Assembly (NCBI RefSeq): GCF_000016745.1
Contig: NC_009483.1
Coordinates: 2,040,001-2,072,000 of the forward strand
Reading direction: 5' to 3'
Length of the DNA: 32,000 nt
Origin: Geotalea uraniireducens Rf4
GTDB taxonomy: Bacteria > Desulfobacterota > Desulfuromonadia > Geobacterales > Geobacteraceae
Shown here piece by piece: positions 24,867 through 32,000 of the stretch (its first letter is position 1; each line of letters begins with the position of its first letter). The position numbers were made by a program, and so were the translations under genes. Below the pieces are notes generated by a model. The model saw only the letters and a list, made by a program, of their open reading frames with translations, was not told the DNA's origin and did no database searches.

Positions 24867-26431
24867 TGGATTATAGCAGATTCAAAATGCCCGATTTCAA
24901 CGCCATTCCCCGACGGGATTATCTGCTGGCGGTCACCTCCGGTATCCTGTTGGCCTTGTCGTTTCCCAAGCCCGGCATTGCCATCTTCGCCTGGCTGGCT
25001 TTTGTTCCGCTTTTCCTGGCCCTGGGCAAAAAAAGTCCGCGCAAGGCCTTCCGTCTCGGGTTTGCCTGCGGCCTGACCGCCTACGGGGGGATTCTCTACT
25101 GGATCAACATCGTCATGACCACCTACGGAAAACTCCCTTTCCTGGTCAGTTTCTGCCTTTATCTGTTACTTGCGGCCTACCTTGCCTTTTACATCGGCAT
25201 CATCGCCTACCTCGTCCGGCGAGGTGAGGAAAGGGGCATTTCACCGCTCTTTTCCTTTCCTTTTCTCTGGGTCGGGTTCGAATTGATCCGGGCCGTTATC
25301 CTAACCGGTTTTCCCTGGGCGAGCCTCGGCCATTCCCAGTACAGGACCCTGCCGCTTATTCAGATCGCTGATGTTACCGGTGTCTATGGCCTCAGTTTTC
25401 TCCTCGCCATGGCAAACGTCGTTCTCTATCGGATCGTCAAAGGGGTTGTCAGGAAGAAGCAGGCCGCCTATCCGACGAAAAGTGCGTCTGCGCTTTTCAT
25501 ACTTATGGCGCTGACCCTTGGCTACGGTTTTTACCGGCTGAACAGCGTCGACCATGGCGAGCCGGTCAAGGTCGTGCTCGTGCAGGGAAACATACCCCAG
25601 GACGTGAAGTGGGATCCAGCTTTTCAGGAGGCAACGGTCGGTATTTACGAGAAGCTTTCCCGTAAGGCGTGCACAACCGGCGGTAATCTCGTCATCTGGC
25701 CTGAGAGCGCCTTGCCGTTTTACTTCCAGAGCGAGGAGAAGTATGCGGCGCGGGTGAAGGCTTTGGCTTCCGAACTGAAGAGTTGTCTCGTTGTCGGCAG
25801 CCCGGCTTACGAGAAGGATGGGGAGAGAATCAGATACCTGAATAGTGCCTTTCTCCTGGCGCCGAGCGGAGATGTTATCGGTCGCAGCGACAAGATGCAC
25901 CTGGTCCCCTTTGGAGAATACGTGCCGCTGCAGAAGCTCCTTCCCTTTGTCAACAAACTGGTGGCCGGTATCGGTGAATTTTCTTCGGGGACAAAGATTA
26001 CACCGCTCAACACCGGTAAGGGGGAGATCGGCGTCCTGGTCTGCTTTGAGGGGATCTTCCCCGAATTGGCCAGGGCGTATGTCCGGGCCGGGAGCCGCTT
26101 GCTCGTCAACATCACCAACGACGCCTGGTTCGGTAAATCGTCGGCGCCGTATCAGCACCTTTCCATGACCGTATTCCGTGCCGTGGAGAACCGTGTTCCC
26201 TTGGTGCGTGCTGCCAATACCGGCATTTCATCGATAATCGACAGCAAAGGGCATATCCGCGGCATGACGCCGCTGTTTGAGGAAGCGTTCCTCACCGGCG
26301 AGGTACGCTACGGTGAGGGTAATACCATTTACAACCGCTATGGCGATTTCTTTGCCGGGTTCTGCTTGTTAATATCGGTGGGCATCGTCGTGCAGATATT
26401 CAGAAAGAACGGAAAGCGTGAAAAAGATTAA
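24866..26431 (+). CDS. lnt: apolipoprotein N-acyltransferase
   Basis: 521 aa. The GTG overlaps the corC stop. Multi-TM N-terminus, then a CN-hydrolase domain (VVLVQGNI...IWPESA...[10 protein letters not shown]...NDAWFG). Confidence 0.9.
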   Translation: MDYSRFKMPDFNAIPRRDYLLAVTSGILLALSFPKPGIAIFAWLAFVPLFLALGKKSPRKAFRLGFACGLTAYGGILYWINIVMTTYGKLPFLVSFCLYLLLAAYLAFYIGIIAYLVRRGEERGISPLFSFPFLWVGFELIRAVILTGFPWASLGHSQYRTLPLIQIADVTGVYGLSFLLAMANVVLYRIVKGVVRKKQAAYPTKSASALFILMALTLGYGFYRLNSVDHGEPVKVVLVQGNIPQDVKWDPAFQEATVGIYEKLSRKACTTGGNLVIWPESALPFYFQSEEKYAARVKALASELKSCLVVGSPAYEKDGERIRYLNSAFLLAPSGDVIGRSDKMHLVPFGEYVPLQKLLPFVNKLVAGIGEFSSGTKITPLNTGKGEIGVLVCFEGIFPELARAYVRAGSRLLVNITNDAWFGKSSAPYQHLSMTVFRAVENRVPLVRAANTGISSIIDSKGHIRGMTPLFEEAFLTGEVRYGEGNTIYNRYGDFFAGFCLLISVGIVVQIFRKNGKREKD

Positions 26432-26443
26432 TTTAAGGAGTAA

Positions 26444-27560
26444 ATGATGTTCAGAGAAGAAGTGGCAAGAGTCGAGGCAATGGCGGAGCGGATCAACAAG
26501 TTACGGGGGTCTCTTTGACATAGATAGCCTGAGGGAGGATATCCAGGAGCTGGAATCGAAAATCGCCGACCCCGGTTTCTGGGATGATAATGATACTGCC
26601 CAGAAGGTGCTCAAAGAGCGCACCGTCATGGAAAAGACCCTGTCCGCCTGGGATCGGTTCAACCGGCAGGTGGATGATATCCGTGTGCTCATCGAGCTTG
26701 GCAGCGAAGCCGAGGACGAGGCGACCCTGGCAGAGGTGCATGGACTGAATGATGAGCTGGAGAAAGGGGTCTCTCATGCCGAGTTCCAGAAGATGCTTTC
26801 CGGTCCCCATGACGCCAGCTCCTGTTTCGTCTCCATAAACTCCGGGGCAGGGGGCACCGAGTCCCAGGATTGGGCCGAGATGCTGCTGCGCATGTATCTC
26901 CGCTATTGTGAACGCAAAGGATGGAAGACGGAGATAACCGATTACCAGGCGGGCGACGAGGCCGGGGTGAAGGGGGTGACCTTTTCCGTCAGCGGCGAGT
27001 ACGGTTACGGCTATCTCAAGGCTGAAGCGGGTATTCACCGTCTGGTGCGTATTTCACCTTTTGACAGCAATGCCCGCCGCCACACGTCGTTTGCCTCGGT
27101 TTTCGTCTTCCCGGAGATTGAGGACGATATCGAGGTAAAGGTCAACGAGGCCGATCTGCGTGTCGACACCTTCCGTTCCAGCGGCGCAGGGGGGCAGCAC
27201 GTCAATACCACCGACTCTGCCATCAGAATTACCCATATTCCGAGCGGGATTGTCGTTGCCTGTCAGACCGAGCGGAGCCAGCACATGAACAAGGCTACCG
27301 CCATGCGGGTTCTTCGCGCCAAGCTCTACGAGCGGGAACTTCAGGAGCGTGAATCCCAGGCTGCGGAGATTGGCGGCGAGAAGAAGGAGATCGGATGGGG
27401 CAGCCAGATCCGCTCCTACGTGCTCCATCCGTACAAGATGGTGAAGGACCTGCGCACCGGCGTGGAGAGCGGCAACCCGGACGCAGTCCTGGACGGGGAC
27501 CTGGAAGAGTTCATCGTCGCCTTTCTCATGGGGGTCCGTCGGGAAGTCAAGGACGTATAA
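26444..27560 (+). CDS. prfB: peptide chain release factor 2, requiring a programmed +1 frameshift (26444-26515 joined to 26517-27560)
   Basis: AAGGAG SD, then ATG 26444. Frame 0 ends in CTT TGA C at 26513-26519, preceded by the internal SD-like GGGGG. The +1 frame continues into ORF 26607..27560, which carries the SPF and GGQ motifs. Confidence 0.92.
26504..26519 (+). other. RF2 autoregulatory +1 frameshift site
   Basis: CGG GGG TCT CTT TGA C, comparable to the E. coli AGG GGG TAT CTT TGA C. Confidence 0.9.
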
Positions 27561-27600
27561 ATCCTATCCGCAGATTACCCGTTTTCAAGCTTCGGAGTTT

Positions 27601-28443
27601 TTGTTCATGATTTATCGAGTGTTGTTTCTGATTGTTTTCTGGGTCACGGTCGTATTGACCGCCACCGGTTGTGCTGCACCTTCTGCCGGCATCAGCAGGG
27701 TCGGCTTCGCCATCCAGGTTGGCGCTTTTTCCGAGGTGAAGAACGCCGAACGTCTCAGCAACAAGTTGCAGCAAAAGGGTATCGAGGCTTTTTATTTTAA
27801 GAAGGACAATGGCGTCTATGCCGTACGCTTCGGTGATTTCGAAAGCAAGGAAAAGGCGAGGAAGGCGGCGCAGCGGCTCGTTGCCGATAGGATGATCGGC
27901 TCCTATTTCATCGCCCCGCCGCAGAAGATAGCTGTGAAGAAAAGCAGCGAGCTGGCCTGGGAAAAGGCGCCGGAGCCATCCCTGAAAAAACTTTCTCCTG
28001 TGGTCCCGAAAAAAAAGGTTGAGCAACCTGGTGGTGAAGCCGGGCCGACAAGTGGCGGCAAAGGTCACGGCGACATGGGGGTAATTGCTGCACGCACCGC
28101 CGAACGCTTTGTCGGCATTCCCTATCGTTGGGGTGGTGACACTGTGGTGGACGGCATGGATTGCAGCGGTTTTGTCCGGGCGGTTTACAACCTGTGCGGT
28201 GTGAATATCCCGCGTACCTCCCGCGAGCAGTTCAGGGTTGGAGAGAATGTTGGAAAGACGGACCTCCAGGACGGTGACCTGGTCTTTTTCGGCGCCTCCG
28301 GCGACGAGATAAACCATGTGGGGATCTATGTGGGGAATGGCCGCTTCGTCCACGCTCCGCGCCGGGGTGACGACATCAAGGTCTCCACTCTTGATGAAAA
28401 CTATTTTGCAAAAAAATTCATTGGTGCGAAGAGATATTTCTAA
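27601..28443 (+). CDS. SPOR-domain / NlpC-P60 (C40) peptidoglycan endopeptidase lipoprotein
   Basis: Lipobox LTATGC. SPOR-like FAIQVGAFSEVKNAERL...YAVRFGDFESKEKA. C-terminal DCSGFVRAVY...HVGIYVGNGRFVHAP catalytic Cys/His. The start is TTG 27601 or ATG 27607. Confidence 0.85.
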   Translation: MFMIYRVLFLIVFWVTVVLTATGCAAPSAGISRVGFAIQVGAFSEVKNAERLSNKLQQKGIEAFYFKKDNGVYAVRFGDFESKEKARKAAQRLVADRMIGSYFIAPPQKIAVKKSSELAWEKAPEPSLKKLSPVVPKKKVEQPGGEAGPTSGGKGHGDMGVIAARTAERFVGIPYRWGGDTVVDGMDCSGFVRAVYNLCGVNIPRTSREQFRVGENVGKTDLQDGDLVFFGASGDEINHVGIYVGNGRFVHAPRRGDDIKVSTLDENYFAKKFIGAKRYF

Positions 28444-28458
28444 ACAGTAATTGACAAG

Positions 28459-29852
28459 TGTCAGGACATCGGTTACCCGGATGTGTCAAGACATCGGTTA
28501 CCCTTAACGCCCTTTTTTGTGTCAAGACATCGGTTACCTTCATTAGAAATATCAGCTACAATGTTCTCTGTGATTTCAACTTGAGGGGAGAACATCCGCA
28601 TGGAAGAAGAACTCAGGAAACAAGCAGTCCAGCGCCATCTTGCAGGCGAATCACCCAAGGCAGTCTATACAAGCCTTGATCGCTCCAAGAAGTGGTTTTT
28701 TAAGTGGTTGAACCGGTATCAATCTGGCGCGACTGACTGGTACAAGGAACACTCAAGAGCGCCACTTAAAAGACCGTCTGAACTCAGCATCGTAGATAAG
28801 GAGATTATTGTCTCCACCAGAAACCGCCTGGACTCGTCACCATTTGCACAGATTGGCGTTTCCGCTATCAAGTGGGAGCTGCATAAGCTGGGGTTACCGT
28901 TTCGCTCTGACAGCACCATTAACCGGACCCTGAAGCGGGAAGGACTCGTTAAAAAAAACGAGATATTCCCCCAAAGGGGTCGAGTACCCGTACTTTACCG
29001 AAGCCCTGTGCTGCAACAACATCCATCAGATGGATCTTGTTGGCCCCCGCTACATCAAGAGTGACGGCAGATTTTACTCGATGAATGTGATTGATCTGTA
29101 CAGCCATCGGGTCTTCATCGAATCAAATCGCACCAAGGAGGATGACAACATTGCACAGGGTTTGCTGCGCTGCTGGAAGTCAATGGGGCTTCCCGACTTC
29201 CTGCAAATGGACAATGAACTCAGTTTCCGTGGCAGTAACCGCTATCCGAGGTCACTTGGTCTGGTGCTGCGACTATGTCTCTACTTCGGCGTTCATCCTG
29301 TTTTTATCCCTGTTGCGGAACCGTGGCGCGATGGCGTAATAGAGAGCTTCAACGATACCTATGACAAAAAGTTTTTTCGCCGCCAGTGGTTCACAAGCTA
29401 TTCCATGCTCAAGCGGCAAAGCAAGAATTTCCAGCAGTTTCACAACAAGAATCACCGTTACAGCTATCTCAAGGGGAAAACGCCACTGGAGGTTATTGAA
29501 GCTGACAAATTCAAGCCCTTGACGCTGGGGCCAAATACCAGGATGCCAAAACTTGATTTTCTCCCGGACGGCACCATTTCGCTCATTAGATTTATCAGGA
29601 GCGATAGAACACTTAACATCTTTGGCGAAAAATTTGAGGTTTCAAAAGACCTCGTCTATTCATATGTGCGAGCCATGATCGTAACGGAAATTCACACGCT
29701 GCAAGTGTACCTGGGTGAAGACTTTGTTCAAAGCTTTGAGTACAGAATGCCTACAGAGTTCAGCTCATGAAATAGTATGCATAATCAGGGGGTCGGGTAA
29801 CCGATGTCCTGACACTTTTTAGAGTTAGGCTTGGGTAACCGATGTCCTGACA
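28459..29852 (+). mobile_element. 1.39-kb insertion sequence with TGT...ACA ends and reiterated terminal 20-mers (IS481/IstA-like transposase)
   Basis: Left-end copies of TGTCA(G/A)GACATCGGTTACC(C) are at 28459-28478, 28484-28503 and 28520-28538. Inverted copies GGGTAACCGATGTCCTGACA are at 29795-29814 and 29833-29852. The flanking direct repeat TTGACAAG is at 28451-28458 and 29854-29861. Confidence 0.85.
28600..29770 (+). pseudogene. HTH + rve (DDE integrase-core) transposase split by a +1 frame change in an A8 run
   Basis: ORF 28600..29064 (HTH, ...HSRAPLKRP) and ORF 29030..29770 (QMD...QMDNELSF...GVIESFN, a DDE triad) are in frames 0 and +1. The +1 frame opens after the TGA at 28931-28933. 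An A8 run at 28951-28958 lies in the overlap, and A7 would give one continuous ORF of about 390 aa. Confidence 0.75.
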
Positions 29853-29934
29853 TTTGACAAGTAATGGGTGCAGGGGAACATGGGTTTTACCTCTTTACTT
29901 ATCTACTCATTTCCAATAAACATTGAGGTGCATT

Positions 29935-31176
29935 ATGGCGTTTATTAAACCATTTAAAGCTCTTCGGCCGAAAAACGATCTGGCGGAGAAGGTGGCAGCT
30001 TTACCCTATGATGTGATGAGCACTGAGGAAGCCGTGCAGATGGCGGCCGGGAACCCTTACAGCTTCCTTCATATTTCCCGGCCTGAAATCGACCTTCCGG
30101 CCGCCGTAGATATTCATTCCGAACCGGTCTACGTCCAGGGGCGGGCAAATCTGGCTCGGTTCATGGGTGAAGGAATTCTGACTCAGGGTGAGAGGGAGTG
30201 CTACTATGTCTATCGTCAGAAAATGGGAGGCATAACTCAGACCGGCCTGGTGGTCTGCGCCGGTGTTGATGATTACCAGGGGGGCACCATAAAAAAACAC
30301 GAGCTTACCCGCGCCGACAAGGAAGAGGACCGGGTAAAGCATATCGATTACCTGGACGCCAATGACGAGCCGGTCTTTTATACCTATAAGAATGACCCGA
30401 CCATTACCGCCCTTATTGCGGAAACAACCACCGGCGCTCCGGTGTATGACTTCACCACTGATGACGGGGTTTCCCACACCCTCTGGCTGGTTGCGGAACA
30501 GGAGAGAATAGAGCAGCTTACCAGCCGTTTTGCCGCGATACCGACCCTTTACGTGGCGGACGGCCACCACCGCAGCGCAGCAGCGAGCAGGGTGAGGGAC
30601 CTGAGGAAGGCGCAGAACCCGGCCCATACCGGCAACGAGGAGTACAATTATTTCCTCACGGTTATTTTTCCTGACAATGAAATGAACATCATGCCTTACA
30701 ACCGTGTGGTAAAAGACCTCAATGGCCTGAGCATCACCGAGTTCATGGCCCGGGTGGGGGAAAAATTCGACATCAGCCCTTTGAGCGCCCCACTGAAGCC
30801 TGAGCGCCGCCATCAGTTCGGCATGTATCTGGGTGGCAAGTGGTATGAATTGCTGGCGAAAGAAGGATCCTTCCTGGAGAGCGATGCCGTTGCCCGGCTC
30901 GATGTCTCCATTTTACAGGATAACCTCCTCAGCCCGATCCTGGGGGTGCGCAATCCGCGCACTGACCAGCGTATCCATTTTGTCGGCGGCATACGCGGGC
31001 TGGACGAGCTGGTGCGAATGGTGAACAGCGGCGAGCACGAAGTGGCGTTCGCCCTTTATCCCACCTCCATAAAAGAGTTGATGGAATTGGCCGATGCGGA
31101 TAAGATCATGCCTCCCAAGTCCACCTGGTTCGAGCCAAAGCTCCGCAGCGGCTTGTTTGTCCATTTGTTGAAGTGA
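29935..31176 (+). CDS. DUF1015-family protein
   Basis: ATG 29935 follows a [20 protein letters not shown]...LPYDVMS...YVYRQ...HELTR...YVADGHHR...[10 protein letters not shown] is the characteristic DUF1015 pattern. Confidence 0.8.
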   Translation: MAFIKPFKALRPKNDLAEKVAALPYDVMSTEEAVQMAAGNPYSFLHISRPEIDLPAAVDIHSEPVYVQGRANLARFMGEGILTQGERECYYVYRQKMGGITQTGLVVCAGVDDYQGGTIKKHELTRADKEEDRVKHIDYLDANDEPVFYTYKNDPTITALIAETTTGAPVYDFTTDDGVSHTLWLVAEQERIEQLTSRFAAIPTLYVADGHHRSAAASRVRDLRKAQNPAHTGNEEYNYFLTVIFPDNEMNIMPYNRVVKDLNGLSITEFMARVGEKFDISPLSAPLKPERRHQFGMYLGGKWYELLAKEGSFLESDAVARLDVSILQDNLLSPILGVRNPRTDQRIHFVGGIRGLDELVRMVNSGEHEVAFALYPTSIKELMELADADKIMPPKSTWFEPKLRSGLFVHLLK

Positions 31177-31183
31177 TAGAGGC

Positions 31184-31268
31184 GGTCGATGGTAGATGGT
31201 CGATGGTCGATGGTCGATGGTCGATTTTGAAGCCTCTATCGACCATCGACCATCGACTATCCACCGAT
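31184..31268. repeat. heptamer array folded as a palindrome: (GGTCGAT/GGTAGAT)x6, a 12-nt spacer, then (ATCGACC-type)x4
   Basis: Read directly from the sequence. The arms 31198-31225 and 31238-31265 are complementary at 26 of 28 positions. The array starts 8 nt after the DUF1015 stop. Confidence 0.9.
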
Positions 31269-31286
31269 TTAAATAGGAGGAGTAAG

Positions 31287-31754
31287 ATGCGTAACGTGGA
31301 AAGACTGATAGTATTGTTGTTGTTGCTGGTGGCGATTGCCATCCCTGCCTGTGCGCAGAAGGAAACCAAGGCTGTCGCGGAGAAAAAGGGAGAGCCCGCC
31401 GCTGCCGCCAATACGGTGAAAACCCCTTCAGGCCTTGCCTATGTGGATCTAGTCCCGGGTAGCGGTGCGTCTCCGGTTTCTGGTAAGCAGGTGAAGGTGC
31501 ACTACACCGGTTGGCTGGAGAACGGCACCAAGTTTGACAGTTCGGTCGATCGTGGCGAGCCGTTTGTCTTTACCATCGGCGCAGGCCAGGTCATTCCCGG
31601 TTGGGACGAAGGTGTCATGTCCATGAAGGTCGGCGGCAAGCGCAAGCTGATCATCCCTTCGCAGCTTGGTTATGGGGCGGCCGGGGCGGGCGGGGAGATT
31701 CCCCCCAATGCAACCCTGATTTTCGAGGTTGAGCTGCTGGACGTGGCGAAGTAA
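31287..31754 (+). CDS. FKBP-type peptidyl-prolyl cis-trans isomerase (secreted/lipoprotein)
   Basis: ATG 31287 follows an AGGAGG SD. Signal/lipobox [28 protein letters not shown]...[36 protein letters not shown]...[10 protein letters not shown]. The track start at 31173 reads through the repeat array and is rejected. Confidence 0.9.
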   Translation: MRNVERLIVLLLLLVAIAIPACAQKETKAVAEKKGEPAAAANTVKTPSGLAYVDLVPGSGASPVSGKQVKVHYTGWLENGTKFDSSVDRGEPFVFTIGAGQVIPGWDEGVMSMKVGGKRKLIIPSQLGYGAAGAGGEIPPNATLIFEVELLDVAK

Positions 31755-31782
31755 CTGGGAGCTCGGGAACTCGGGTTTTGCT

Positions 31783-31823
31783 GATCCCCGATCCCAGATC
31801 CCTGTTTTTGATCCCTGATCCCC
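31783..31823. repeat. heptamer repeats GATCCCC GATCCCA GATCCCT (gttttt) GATCCCT GATCCCC
   Basis: Read directly from the sequence, 29 nt after the FKBP stop. It is preceded by duplicated CTCGGGA/CTCGGGT (31762-31776), which is partly complementary. Confidence 0.8.
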
Positions 31824-31852
31824 GTTCGCAAGCTCTATTACCGGGAGGCGCA

Positions 31853-32000
31853 ATGCGCTTTTTTCTTGCCTTGTGTTTTGTCTGCTTGCCGGCGGTTTCG
31901 GCCCTGGCAGCGGACAAAACCGTTACCCTCTATCTGGACGGCGCCAGGGTCGAGCGCAACATGACTGCGACGAAAGGATATCTTGAGGTAGCCCTTCCTG
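31853..32000 (+). CDS. secreted protein, N-terminal fragment (continues beyond window)
   Basis: GGGAGG SD, then ATG 31853. MRFFLALCFVCLPAVSALAADKTVTLYLDGARVERNM, a signal peptide followed by a beta-rich start. Function not assignable. Confidence 0.55.
   Translation, partial: MRFFLALCFVCLPAVSALAADKTVTLYLDGARVERNMTATKGYLEVALP

Noticed and set aside
21537-30813. Other long minus-strand ORFs (21537..22355, 25301..26158, 26493..27038, 27547..28353, 30001..30813)
   Set aside because: Each is fully contained antisense to a gene with clear family motifs (the pgpH-like gene, lnt, prfB, NlpC/P60, DUF1015).
31173-31286. N-terminal extension of the FKBP ORF through the GGTCGAT array ([12 protein letters not shown])
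   Set aside because: Same artefact as at miaA. A strong AGGAGG SD and a signal peptide begin at ATG 31287.

Overview
This is a chromosomal segment of roughly 55% GC. Gene content and synteny suggest a Geobacteraceae/Desulfuromonadales genome, but that is inference with no search run. Most of the window is housekeeping backbone: pncB (partial), a GGDEF cyclase, mutL-miaA-hfq, an AI-2E transporter, a PDZ/DUF512 radical-SAM-like protein, a ChaN-like protein, greB, eno, a pgpH-like/ybeY/dgkA-PAP2/corC/lnt/prfB block, a SPOR-NlpC/P60 lipoprotein, DUF1015 and an FKBP isomerase.

The most interesting locus is a translationally coupled three-gene cassette at 6098-8296. It encodes a PqqD-like peptide-binding protein, a radical SAM/SPASM enzyme, and a SPASM-only paralog that lacks the CxxxCxxC motif. 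No recognisable precursor peptide gene is present. From memory it resembles the orphan cassette curators call the GeoRSP system, whose substrate and product are unknown. It is flanked by a short OpuAC-like secreted protein on the left and a decayed OmpA C-terminal remnant on the right.

Other features not explained by the genes:
- Three arrays of heptanucleotide tandem repeats sit directly after stop codons: GGTCGGT x8, GGTCGAT arranged as a long hairpin, and GATCCCN.
- A near-palindromic motif, CA(G/A)ATTTGATC, occurs four times, always in intergenic DNA upstream of genes.
- A helically phased ATCCGTG cluster lies in a divergent promoter region.
- Two insertion sequences have defined ends. 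One is an IS4-family element with a 9-bp target duplication. The other is a 1.39-kb IS481/IstA-like element with 3+2 reiterated terminal 20-mers and a transposase split in an A8 run.
- prfB carries the classical +1 frameshift site.

All product calls rest on motif recognition by eye; no database search was possible.
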